Both the position numbers and the translations under genes were made by a program. This document shows positions 39,862 through 50,812 of a DNA stretch of 64,000 nucleotides, one piece after another; within the stretch, counting starts at the first letter, position 1, and the number at the start of each line of letters is the position of its first letter. Under the pieces are notes generated by a model. The model was not told the DNA's origin. It saw only the letters and a list, made by a program, of their open reading frames with translations, and ran no database searches. Location: positions 134,631,735 to 134,695,734 of the forward strand of contig NC_068982.1 of the NCBI RefSeq assembly GCF_001194135.2. Reading direction: 5' to 3'. This stretch comes from Octopus bimaculoides. Its lineage: Eukaryota.

Positions 39862-39949
39862 TAAGCAAGCTACTTATCACACAGCCACTCCTGTCAGAAT
39901 TTGTTTTGCAACTGCAAAATTTGATGAAGTCGAGTAAGTGATATTGTTT

Positions 39950-40490
39950 CTAACATAGGTTTAACTCTAGAAATCTTGAGAGTTAGAGGTTTGTAGATTA
40001 ATGTGATCCCAGTATTTGATTGGTTCTTTTTGCTATTGATCCTTGGTACAAAGCTTGAAATTTGGGTGAGAGAGGTTAATTGAGTAATGACCTCATTACT
40101 TGACTGTACTTTATTCTATCAACTCAACCCAGGAGATGAAAGGCAGAGTTGATTTTGTGGGATTTGAACTCAGAATTTGATATAGGTGCAAGCCCAGAAA
40201 TATCAATAAAGAATTTAGTTGATTAAATTGACCCCAGTACTTGATTGGTTTTTGTATTTTGTTGAAAGGCAAAATTGACCTCAACATGATATTAACTCAA
40301 AATACAACATGGCCAAAAATTTGGGGAGAGAAGTTAGTTGATGAAATTTTGACCCTAGTACTTGATTGGGGTCAGTTTAATAGTAAAAACATAATTGATA
40401 TAAGTAGGATTTGAATTTGGAACATAAGATGCTGGAAGAAATATTCCAAAGCATTTTATCCAATGCTCTAATGATTCTACCAAATTATTG
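39950..40490 (-). repeat. Tandem run of about four decayed SINE B fragments
   Basis: Recurrent gaccccagtacttgattgg and gaaaggcaaa(g/a)ttga motifs about 120-150 bp apart. Confidence 0.6.
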
Positions 40491-41569
40491 CTCAAATTGA
40501 GTAGCTAAAATAGATGTTTATTCAGTAATAATAGAATACAATTACTTGTTACTTGAAGTAAGAAGTGTATATACATGGTATGATAAAACTTACAGGTCAA
40601 AGAAGATACCATTATCATCATCATCATCTTTTAACATCCCTGTTCCATGCTGGCGTAAGCCAGATAGTTTGACAAGAATCCGATGGGACTACAAGCAGTG
40701 TTCCAGTGTCTGCTTTGGCATGGTTTCTAGGCTGGATGTTCTTCCTAACGGTAACCACTTGACAGCGTTAGTACTGAGTGCTTTTTACATGCTACTAGCA
40801 CTTTTGAGGTTACCATGCAGTTATGAAGACTACGAACACCGAGGAAGTGGAAAAGGGGCTTTATGCTTGGTAATGAGGGGTTAAAGTATGAGAAAAGAGG
40901 GGTTGGGTGGCGCAGAGAATGCTCTTGTAGCGGAACTACGCATTTAGGAGAGAGAGAAAATGGTCAACAGGAACTGCAAGAAGATAAATAGTAGCAATCA
41001 GTCGCCCACGTGGCCCCTCAAGATTCAAGGTGAGCAGAAGCGGTTGGCTGGGGGTGGTTTGCAAGCTTGTAAGATTATGCACAAGTAATATTCTGTCATT
41101 GGACAGCTTTCATGTCGGGGAGCTATTTTTCGAGCATTTTCGATTATATTGATTCTAGTGAAGGAATATTTTTTTCAACAGATTTGTAAACTTCTATATT
41201 TTCTACAAAATTCTCTTCCGTGTGTTTCCTTGAAAATATATATGCAAATGTATATGAATCTTTGTGTGTAATACACACCTATTGATATGTATTTAATTAT
41301 ACATATTTGATAAATATAATTTTGTATGTGTTAAAAAAACATCGGTTTGTGTTGCTTCCCGTCTTAAATGTAAAGCAGTCTAAGGGAGATAATTCTTTCA
41401 ATTTAGTATTTTAAGGAGAGATTGCTATCGTCAGTTAGGTCACGTTACCAATTAAACAACGTGTACTGGTTGTATTAAATTTCAGTTTTATTATTAATTG
41501 GGTAGTTAGTTAATGAATACATTAATAAAATATATCACATTATTATAGATGTTATTTGATTAAAATAAT

Positions 41570-41818
41570 AAGGAAATCATTGTATACAGTGCTCAAGTGC
41601 ACTACAACTTGTCAGAAGTGTATAAAGCATATGAACTATTGTACAAATGTCTGGTAAGTGAACAGTGTATGAGTCAGATACATGCTTACGTGTGTATGGA
41701 GGGGAGAAAATCATGTGTAGTGTTGGTGAATCTCAGGAAGCATGGAAGTTTTGAAAGATGCAGTGCTCCGACAACTTACAACTGATGCCGGCAGTTTGTT
41801 CCATACTTCAGCAACTCT
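41570..41818 (-). mobile_element. CR1/L2-clade LINE 3' end
   Basis: Minus strand reads RVAEVWNKLPASVVSCRSTASFKTSML (RV..WN.LP..VV...S...FK motif), followed by a UTR and an (ATT)n-like tail. Confidence 0.7.
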
Positions 41819-41819
41819 T

Positions 41820-42292
41820 AGAGTGTAAGCATCTTGAGAAAAATTGGGCATCAGATGAGCTGTGCAAGAGAGACGACCGAGCTGGTATGGTTATGTGATG
41901 CATATGTACGAGGACAGCTGTATAACAGTGCTGATCCAAGAAGACATGGGACGAAGTGGTGAAGCATGATCTTTGTATGTTGAGTCTCACAGAAGCGATG
42001 ACAAATGATTGAGACCTTTTGTAGTTTACTGTGCCTGAGAAGACTCGTCAGACCAAGTGACATCGGGGTCATGGATAGTACCAGTGACCCATAAAAAGGC
42101 ACCTGTGAAGGTGACGTGTAAAAGGCACCCACACCACCCCTGGAGTTGTTGGTATTAGGAAGAGCATCCTACCATAGAAACCAAGCCAAAATCAGACTGG
42201 AGTCTGGTACAGCTCTCTGGCCTATCAGTTTCACTCAAACTGTCTAATCCATACCAGAATAAAAAACGGACACTAATTGATGATGATGATGT
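41820..42292 (+). mobile_element. Degenerate RTE 3' end, same family
   Basis: Contains aagagacgac...ggtatgg, gaagacatgggacgaagtggtgaagcatgatc and the same tail. Confidence 0.75.
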
Positions 42293-42633
42293 TTTAATGT
42301 GTCTTAACTCATGCCTGGCCAAAAATCTTGTTTTATGTTCAAACTGGCCAGATTCAACTTCTCATACCTATGCTACAATGTCGGTCTAAAAAATAAACAT
42401 TCAGATCATCAAAATCTCTAAGCTACAAAATAATGTGTGATCAATTCAAAACAATGTGAATAAATAAGCTTTATATTTGACATTTGAGTAATCTGAATGC
42501 TAAAGGCTTATGTCCCCAAAAGACTATTCTTCTCTACACCATTTCACAACATTGCTTTAGAATTAATGTAACTGTTTTGAACACCAGTATGTTGTATATA
42601 TAAAAACTTTGAAAATCGTTTATTGAGTATCAC

Positions 42634-42842
42634 CATCATCATCATATTAACGTCCATATTTCAATGCTTGCATGGGTTGGATGGAATTTGTTGAAGCAAA
42701 TTTTGTACGGCTAGATGTCCTTCCTGTCACCGTCTCTCACCTGTTTCCAAGTAAGGTAATATTTCTCTAGGAAATGAAGGACACCACTTATATGAAGGTG
42801 ACACTTGCTTACAACTATCACATCATGTCAAGGCAAGGCGAC

Positions 42843-42876
<34 letters not shown>

Positions 42877-43020
42877 CGGTTTTCTTTCAGTTTCCATCTT
42901 CAAAATCCACTCACAAAGTTTTGGTCCACCCTGGGCTATTGTAGAAGACTACTTGCTCTAGGTACCATGTAATGGGATTGAACCTAAAACCATGTTGGGA
43001 AGGCAAGAAGTTGGCTTACC
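42634..43020 (-). mobile_element. SINE family E (family A head, different body, RTE-type (GAT)n tail); other copies at 1122-1535, 13365-13600, 20518-20934
   Basis: Same head as family A. The body ccaagtaaggtaatatttc...gcttacaactatcac ends in ccatccaacccatgcaagc...gacgttaa, like the RTE tails. Confidence 0.75.
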
Positions 43021-43124
43021 AATGACATGTATATTTAATGTTTAATTTCTCAATGCAATATTATGATTATTCAACTGTTAAGAATTTTCCAAATACAATT
43101 ATTGTATATTTTGTTAATTAAAGT

Positions 43125-43153
43125 ATCTTCTCTTCCTGTTTTTTATTTTGTAG
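43125..43153 (+). promoter_or_regulatory. Splice acceptor of the TMEM161 5'UTR intron
   Basis: Polypyrimidine tract tcttctcttcctgttttttattttgtag, with AG at 43152-43153, 47 nt upstream of the ATG. Confidence 0.7.
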
Positions 43154-43200
43154 ATTTCCCATGATGTCATTGGCTGGTTAAGTTTTGGAAGTTTAGAAAC

Positions 43201-44658
43201 ATGGCTGTTCTTGGTTTGCAGATGATTTTTAGCTTAATAGCTTTTACATTTCTGTACAAACTGTCTCGCTATTACTCTTTTGGGAGGTGGATTCTGTCAA
43301 ATCGCCTGGTACGTTACCTCCATCCTACAAATGAAGAACTAAAGGTTGCTGCTGGAATACCCATGAGTGGAGGAGGAGGAACGAAAGCAAGGCATCGAAG
43401 GGATTATCGACGGAATAACAACCAAGAATCAGTAAAAACAGAGTCTTTTACTGTACCTCGGAGTGTTTCTTTTACCTTAGAGACTGCCAAGGTTGAAGCC
43501 AAAGATCTTTTACCACTGCACTATTTTGGTGAATTCCAGTGGCTCATGGATTTTTCGTTATGTGCTTTGATTGTCTACATTATAACAGAGATTTATTATT
43601 CTGTATTATCTCGATCAGAGCTAAATGTCAGCATCCTCTGGTGTTTGTTGGTTCTTGGGTTCTGTTTTAGAATCCTCCTCATGCAGACTTCTGTTTATTT
43701 TCAAACCGAAGATGGGGGTGAAAGAATTCTCTGCATCACTTTCTCGTTTTTCTTTTTGGTGGCAGCAATGGGAGTATTAATTGTCAGTGAAGATAACTTG
43801 GAATTTGGCTTGGAAAAAGGTTATAAAAATTTCTCAGAAAACGCTATGGTCTTCATGAAAGAACAAGGGGTAGGATCTGAGGGGCCAATAAGCCTTTTAA
43901 CTTTCAAAATAGTACTTGCTATTTTATGCGCCTTTATAGGAGCATTTGTCACTTTTCCTGGACTTCGTTTAGGTAAGATGCATGTTGATGCCCTAAACTA
44001 TAGTCAAGGTCAGCCTATTTTACAGTCATTGCTCTACATTAGTTTTGTTTTTCCGATGTTTATTTTATTAATGTGGGTGAAGCCAGTGGCTCGAGATCTT
44101 TTATGTGGACTTCATTGGCGAACTCCTGTAAAAGTTATGAGTGAATCAGCATTTGAAACAGCTCGCTTAATAGCTATAGCTGTCTTTTTTCTGTTGCGCT
44201 TTGGCCTTATGAGTACATATCTACAGTCCCATTTGAATCTAGCGTATGAACGTGTTGAAATTATGCACAAGGAGAGTGGCCGTATCTCAAACGTTGAAAT
44301 CCAGAAGATGATTGCTCGGGTTTACTATTACCTGTGTTTTGTGGCTCTTCAGTACTTCACACCAATTCTACTTGTATTGTTCTTAACGTTTCTGTTGAAG
44401 ACTTTGGGTGATTACTCTTGGGAGAGCATCTTAGGTGTAGAACATATCATGAAACCAACGACGATACTTTCGCAGTTGAATAACACTCATGCAGATCCTG
44501 TCGCCCAGGTGACAACAGCTATAGCAAACATTCGTGGTATCTTCACTTCCATTTGGTATCGTGGATTACTGTCGTTTTTGAATTGGTGGATTATAGCTGC
44601 TTGGTTTACCACATCAGTGTTTGGTACTCTTTACTACACAAAGTCTAATGTTGGATGA
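43201..44658 (+). CDS. TMEM161B: Transmembrane protein 161 (TMEM161B-like), 485 aa, single coding exon
   Basis: Uninterrupted ORF colinear over its full length with recalled human TMEM161B: HPTNEEL, LHYFGEFQWLMDF, DGGERILC, LEFGLE, TFPGLR, WVKP, GRISNVEIQKMIARVYYYLC, RGLLSFLNWW. Confidence 0.96.
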   Translation: MAVLGLQMIFSLIAFTFLYKLSRYYSFGRWILSNRLVRYLHPTNEELKVAAGIPMSGGGGTKARHRRDYRRNNNQESVKTESFTVPRSVSFTLETAKVEAKDLLPLHYFGEFQWLMDFSLCALIVYIITEIYYSVLSRSELNVSILWCLLVLGFCFRILLMQTSVYFQTEDGGERILCITFSFFFLVAAMGVLIVSEDNLEFGLEKGYKNFSENAMVFMKEQGVGSEGPISLLTFKIVLAILCAFIGAFVTFPGLRLGKMHVDALNYSQGQPILQSLLYISFVFPMFILLMWVKPVARDLLCGLHWRTPVKVMSESAFETARLIAIAVFFLLRFGLMSTYLQSHLNLAYERVEIMHKESGRISNVEIQKMIARVYYYLCFVALQYFTPILLVLFLTFLLKTLGDYSWESILGVEHIMKPTTILSQLNNTHADPVAQVTTAIANIRGIFTSIWYRGLLSFLNWWIIAAWFTTSVFGTLYYTKSNVG

Positions 44659-44913
44659 AAATTTCATTACACATCATTGAGAAAGAACAAAAAAAGAAAC
44701 TAAAAAAAAAATAAGTCATGAATGTTTGTGTGTGTGTGTGTTGGTGTTTCAAGATTGATCAGCTCAAGAACTATTTAAACAATTTAAAAAATTCAATGCA
44801 AGTTATAATTTCATGTTTTTAATTGTTTTTTTCTCTCTCTCGGCCATATGTACATAATGAAAAATGTTCATATATATTGTATTTAAAAACTAACATTTTT
44901 TTGTGAAAATCTT

Positions 44914-44919
44914 ATTAAA
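44914..44919 (+). terminator. Candidate polyadenylation signal ATTAAA for TMEM161
   Basis: Variant hexamer 256 nt after the stop codon, followed by a T-rich tract. A longer UTR is possible. Confidence 0.3.
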
Positions 44920-45149
44920 CAATTTTTTTCTTAATGGTCTTTTATTTTCATTTTCTTTCTTTTTTCTTATAAGCACATTTCAGTATGTTTTTAGATCTAG
45001 CTAATTATGTCTGATTTGAATCTAGTCTGTTAGCATGTTGAAATTTAAGCAAAAACTGGTTACATCTTGAACACTGAAATCCAAAAGCAATTGTTCTTTA
45101 ATACTACATTTGTTTTGTGTCTGTCTGCTTCAACATCGTTTAGGCCAAA

Positions 45150-45550
45150 TGTGGTGCTGATCTCTGAAGCATTCAAGCTGGTGGTTCTGTTAGAAGTCTC
45201 CATTTCATGAAAGAACTTTATTGAAGAGGTGAGGGGAAGAGATCAGTGTATGCTGATCCGGTGGAGTTATGTTGAAGTAAAAGATAGCAAGCAAGATGTG
45301 GATCCATTGAGGTGGGATGTGAGGGTTTCACAGATGATCCCTTTCAGCAGAACTTGCAGCATGCTGAGCATCATAGGGGCCAATAAGTGAAAGGGAGTCA
45401 AGTTAAATGTGTTGACAGAAGGTGACAGGTGACTGAATTAAATGCGAACCCTGGATGGAGTAGTGCCTATTGGACACAAACTGGGACTTGATCAATACTG
45501 GTTAGGTGTATAATTGCTGAATGACCCCAAATATCCAATGACCTCAGGTA
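45150..45550 (-). mobile_element. Highly decayed CR1/L2-like LINE fragment downstream of TMEM161
   Basis: Frameshifted remnants resembling KSQVRP..EYCSHIW and LTSHL...LFY.YF. Confidence 0.35.
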
Positions 45551-45894
45551 GCATCACTGATGCTGTGTCCTGGTCCATAAGATATATGAAAAAACTCTTA
45601 ATGTTTCTCTTGAAAAATATTGGGTAATTGAACTCAACATAGGTTAGATATATCAACAACATTTTGTTTGCTTTCTATACTGGCATGGGTTGTCATGGGC
45701 TGATCCCTTATTTGGAATTACTAGCCTGTAAGTCTAGGTGTTGAGTGGATGCTCCAATTTTGGCACGGTTTCTACCATTGGATGCCCTTCCTGACACCAA
45801 CCATTTTACAGAATATACTGGGTATATTGTATTTCGTCATGTTATCTCTTTTTCAAATATTCAAATATTTAATAACTTGTTTGACTTCTTGACA

Positions 45895-46228
45895 TACTCT
45901 TTACTCTTTTTTTTACTTGTTTCAGTCATTTGACTGTGGCCATGCTGGAGCACCGCCTTAAGTCGAGCAAATTGACCCCATAGTTTATTCTTTGTAAGCC
46001 TAGTACTTATTCTATCAGTCGCTTTTGCTGAACCGCTAAGTTACGGGCACGTAAACACACCAGCATCGGTTGTCAAGCGATGGTGGGGGGGACAAACACA
46101 GACACACAAACATACATATATACGACGGGCTTCTTTCAGTTTCCATCTACCAAATCCACTCACAAGGCTTTGGTCGGCCCGAGGCTACAGTAGAAGACAC
46201 TTGCTCAAGGTGCCATGCAGTGGGAATG
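45895..46228 (-). mobile_element. SINE family A
   Basis: Body plus most of the head. Confidence 0.82.
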
Positions 46229-46704
46229 AAACCGGCTGGTAAGATGGAAAAAATTCTAAAACATTTTGAATTGATATTTGGATGACAGATTCTAATATAT
46301 TGATATTGCTTTTAATTCTTACCCTCAAATCACTTAAGATCTGAAGCAGTAGAATCATATATATATATATATATGTATGTATGTATATAATAATTTTAAC
46401 ATTCGTTTTCTATGCTGGCATAGGTTAAATATATATTAGAGAAGTATGTCTGTTTTGGGATGTCGATTTTTCTATAAATTATATGCTTGCGCAAATTTCT
46501 GTAGGACATCTCTCTAGCAAACAATGCATTATATGTTTATCAAAAGCACAATGTAATGTTTCGGTAAAGGATTCCCACCCATGTCAGCATGGAAGGCGGA
46601 CGTTAAACGATGATGAAATTCGTCACATATCAACACGTATTTTATTTAATGAAATGTTAGAAAAGTGAATGAAGAGTTATCTCCCTTTATAAATTCACAT
46701 TATA

Positions 46705-47042
46705 TGGAGAAATTTCAACCATGTTTCATGGTCTGCTACCACAACAGCTCCTATATAGGATCCAGTTAGCTCAAGACATCATCAGGAGGAACCACGTCCG
46801 GTTTCGGCCCCTACTCCTCTACCTTTTTGACGTGGCGGGGCCCCCGTACCTTTCGGAGGTGTCTTCAGCTCTGGTGTTGAGTGCACGTCTTCTTTCTTCT
46901 GTTCCCTGGCCTCTTCGATGCAGCGTTAACGAGTGTCAGCGGCCGACTGACTGTCTTGTCAAATTTCCCTTTAAATACCTGCTGCTAGGCTCCAGCACAG
47001 GCATCCCCAGCAAGTTGTCACGTGACACTGTCTAAACTTTAA
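46705..47042 (-). mobile_element. Unclassified 338-bp GC-rich insertion between 24-bp direct repeats (possible Penelope-like pseudo-LTR)
   Basis: CTCCCTTTATAAATTCACATTATA at 46681-46704 and 47043-47066. Confidence 0.7.
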
Positions 47043-47705
47043 CTCCCTTTATAAATTCACATTATAAAATGCATATTTCGCCATTCGACATCATTTCTCT
47101 CCCTCTACAAATCAGCGCAGCCTTTCCTACGAAGAGGTATATTTGAAAAGTTCAATATCATGGCGAAAAAAGAAAATATTAGTAAAGCTAATACAATATT
47201 TAAACACAGGCATGGTTGTGTTGCTAAGAAGTTCTTTTTGCAACCACGTGAGTTCAGGGTTAGTCCCTTCGTGCAGCCCGTTTAAACGAGTGTTTTCTAT
47301 AATAACTTTGCTGATCAATCTCTTGTAAGTGAATTTGGTAGATAGAAAATGTATGGAAGCCCAAGCCCCTTATCTCAACTTCTTTCAAACCAATATTTAC
47401 ACGCTATTATTTATAGCCTTATTTTCTTCGAGATTCATCGTTCCTAAGAGGAATTATCCAACATTACCAAAGTTTCTAAATCCTGTTTTATATATTTATG
47501 GGTGCATATTGCATGTGTGCGTTTATACTTGTTCCCACATCGCTTGACAACCGGTATTGGTTTGTTTACGTCCCTGTAAATTGTCGGCAAAAGAAACCTG
47601 TGGAATAAGTATCTAACTTTAAATAAATAATCAAAGTACTAGTGTCGATTTGATCGGCTTAACTCTTCGAGGCGGTGCCACAAGTTGGCTGCAATCCAAC
47701 GAGTA

Positions 47706-48120
47706 CAGAGTGTCCCAAAAGTCACTGATGGGTTTCAATTTTCAATAACTTCCTTAACTTTACAAATAAATGCATGAAATTTTGATACAATATAAAGGAC
47801 ATAATGGACATTAATATTCACAAGTCAAATTTTGCAACACCACTACATCACATATGAAAAATGACATCGCTTAAATAGCAGCCATTTTCGGCTTCGCACG
47901 CCTATGTTCTTCCCAAAACTTGCACCATAACATCCTTGAGTTTCAGGCCCCACTTCTCTGATTTCTCTATTGATGTTCTCCTTCCGTTGCACCAGGGTCT
48001 CCGGTTTGTTGACACAAACCTTCTCTTTCAGGTATCCACACAATATGGATCAGCAGACGTAAAATCAAGGGTGTGATTTGAAGGAGATTTCGTTGCCATT
48101 TCTACCAATTCAAGTGACCG
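47706..48120 (-). mobile_element. Tc1/mariner-superfamily transposase C-terminal relic with terminal repeat
   Basis: Minus strand reads GYLKEKVCVNKPETLVQRKENINREI, the typical post-SPDL segment WGYLK.KVY..KP.T. TA-CAGAGTGTCCCAAAA terminus at 47704. Confidence 0.75.
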
Positions 48121-48127
48121 TGTAAAA

Positions 48128-48392
48128 CAGTGATTCTCAACCAGGAGCCATATGATCCTTGGTGGGTGGGGTCCATATAAGATTTCGTTGCTAAAATTTA
48201 TATGTAATAAATTGGGTATACTCTTACAATAACACAAAACATTTTAACAATTTTTTAATAAATAATTCCTGATAATATTTATTTACAAAAATATGAAAAG
48301 AACTTTTTAAACATCGAATGGCTATGGAGGTTCATCCAAGTAGAATAAGGACCAAAAGGAGCCATAGGTAAAAAATTGTTTGAGAATCACAG
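48128..48392. mobile_element. hAT-type MITE
   Basis: TIRs CAGTGATTCTCAA and TTGAGAATCACAG. Degenerate 8-bp TSD GTGTAAAA / GCGTAAAG. Confidence 0.75.
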
Positions 48393-49638
48393 GCGTAAAG
48401 GCTTTCTTGTTGCTTTTAAATCAACTTTGAATGCATAAATCCAGGGAGAAAAGAAATACGAGGAAAATATATGATTCTTTTATATGTTTTCGCAGTATTT
48501 TCAGTGCCTTTCGATTACTATTTTGAAAATCTTCAAGGGAACTTTAGTTTCATTTAAATTCATTTTCAAAGTAAGATATTTTAGCTTTAGTATCTAGACA
48601 TTTTAATTATTCTGAAAATATATAACCATTAATGCGTAGATCATTAAGCCACCATTAACAATATCAAAGCTACGGAGATTGCAAGTATGAGGAGAACATC
48701 TAGTGCGATGTATCGATTAAAGAGGTTAGGCTCATTACTTATTGGCTGGAGTTTGTTTTTATGTAATTGAAAAATTGGAGTTGATAATTACAGTTTAACT
48801 GTATAATGCAAGGGAAGTAACTTTCATTACTGACGATGCAGCTTAATGGCTTTAGCTATCTTAAATTTTATACACGAGTTCTGAACCTCTACTGAATAAT
48901 ATTAAATGGTTTAGAATAATATTAATTGATTTAATTTAATACAAAAGAAAAAGAAAAGGGATTTGCTTTCAACGCCTGGAATATATATATATAACAGACT
49001 AAATTATAGATCATGATTTCGTAGTTATTGCAGTATTATGCAGCTTCTACTCGTCAGTATAATATGGTCAAGACACATGTGTCTTGAGGGGTTAGCTTTG
49101 AGAGTTGCATTTCCTCGCGTTCGGTAAAAATGTGTTTATTATGGTAGTTTGACTTTGGAGTCCCTTTTAGCGTGACGCATTCATGTATAGTAATGCCCTT
49201 ATATAAATAAATATATTTTGGGGAATAAATGATGGATTTTTCCCTTATGAGGTTTTTTTCACGCTAGCTACTTGATAAATTCTTATAAAAGAATTCATCC
49301 TATTATTGAATTAATTATANNNNNNNNNNNNNNNNNNNNNNNNNNNNNNNNNNNNNNNNNNNNNNNNNNNNNNNNNNNNNNNNNNNNNNNNNNNNNNNNN
49401 NNNNNNNNNNNNNNNNNNNNNNNNNNNNNNNNNNNNNNNNNNNNNNNNNNNNNNNNNNNNNNNNNNNNNNNNNNNNNNNNNNNNNNNNNNNNNNNNNNNN
49501 NNNNNNNNNNNNNNNNNNNNNNNNNNNNNNNNNNNNNNNNNNNNNNNNNNNNNNNNNNNNNNNNNNNNNNNNNNNNNNNNNNNNNNNNNNNNNNNNNNNN
49601 NNNNNNNNNNNNNNNNNNNNNNNNNNNNNNNNNNNNNA

Positions 49639-49860
49639 ATCCTTTTCTTCCTTGGCTATCGCCGAGCAAACACGCGAACTTACTTCGTCCCTACTTTCAG
49701 TTCGTGCCTCACAGCGTTCATATACACATAATTTTTCACGTCTGGCCGCATAGCCTTTTCCGTTTGTTTTCCTGTCTTGTTTTTTGTCCGCCACTACATT
49801 CCTCCATGGCACAGGTTTAATTTGCGGTCCATGGGAAGAGCCGTTTTAACGATGCGTCCT
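49639..49860 (-). mobile_element. Possible RTE ORF2 EN-RT linker fragment
   Basis: PWRNVVADKKQDRK...YAARREKLCVY loosely resembles the WW..V....K...K...Y..AK motif. Abuts a gap. Confidence 0.35.
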
Positions 49861-49954
49861 GCCCAACTCTTCGAAACGCCGGTGTTAAAACGGGGGTAAC
49901 TGATGAAAGAAAATGTTCTCCTTGAGGACATACCCAGGCTTGAGGACATACCCA

Positions 49955-50797
49955 GGCTTGAAAGAAATGAAGCTAGTATGATCTGCTGGATGTGTAATGT
50001 CAGTGGATGTCAGTGGGCATACACGACAGAGTGTAAGCGCCCCGAGAGAAATGTTGGACATAAGAAGCATCAGATGTGGTGTGCAAGAGAGACGACTGCG
50101 CTGATATGGTTATGTGCTGCGTATGGATAAAGGTGTGAAGAAGTGTCACACACTAACTGGAAGTGACAGGGACTCGTGGAAGAGGAGACCCAGGAAGACA
50201 TGGGACGAGGTGGTGAAGCACGACCTTCGGACGTTGGGTCTCACAGAGGCAATGACAAGAGACCGAGACCTTTGGAGATATGCTGTGATTGAGAAAACTC
50301 GGCAAGTAAAATGAGATCACAGCCGTGGCCGATACAAGTGTCGCATAATCAGCCCATTTAAAAGTACCCTTGAATCGTCTGGCAACACGCTGTGCTTGAG
50401 AAGACCTATTGAGTCAAGTAAAATTGCAATCAAAATGGAAATCGTAGTTGTGGCCGATGTCAGTGCCGCCTGACTGGCACTCGTGCTAGTGGCCCGTTAT
50501 AAGCACCATTCAAGTGTAGGTCGATGCTAGTGCAGACCGACTGGCTCCCCGTGCCGGTGGCACGTAAAAAAGAACCATCCGAACGTAGCCGATGCCAGTG
50601 TCGCCTGACTGGCTCCCGTGCCGGTGGCACGTAAAACCCACCCACTACACTCTCGGAGTGGTTGACATTGGGAAGGGCATCCAGCTGTAGAAATCTTGCC
50701 AGATCAGATTGGACCCTGGTGCAGCCTACTGGCTTGCCAGTCCTCAGTCAAACCGTCCAACCCATGCCAGCATGGAAAACAGACGTTAAACGATGAT
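49955..50797 (+). mobile_element. RTE-clade LINE 3' end, same family as 12383
   Basis: LERNEASMICWMCNV...RPRKTWDEVVKHDLRTLGLTEAMTRDRDLWRYAV, with the same UTR and tail. Confidence 0.88.
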
Positions 50798-50812
50798 ATA
50801 TATACATATTTA

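Larger units (their letters stand above)
39077..39892 (-). mobile_element. SINE family A interrupted by two TSD-flanked insertions
   Basis: Segments 39077-39268, 39524-39695 and 39876-39892 reconstitute one copy. Confidence 0.88.

Noticed and set aside
43201-44658. TMEM161 nested in an ARMC2 intron
   Set aside because: The ARMC2 start codon is at 18036 and its likely 5' exon is near 27.1 kb. The CpG-rich gap at 25-33.7 kb argues for separate, divergent units.
46721-47035. 104-aa plus-strand ORF inside the 338-bp insertion
   Set aside because: No recognisable motif. An open frame is unsurprising in GC-rich sequence, and the promoter-like signals are on the other strand.
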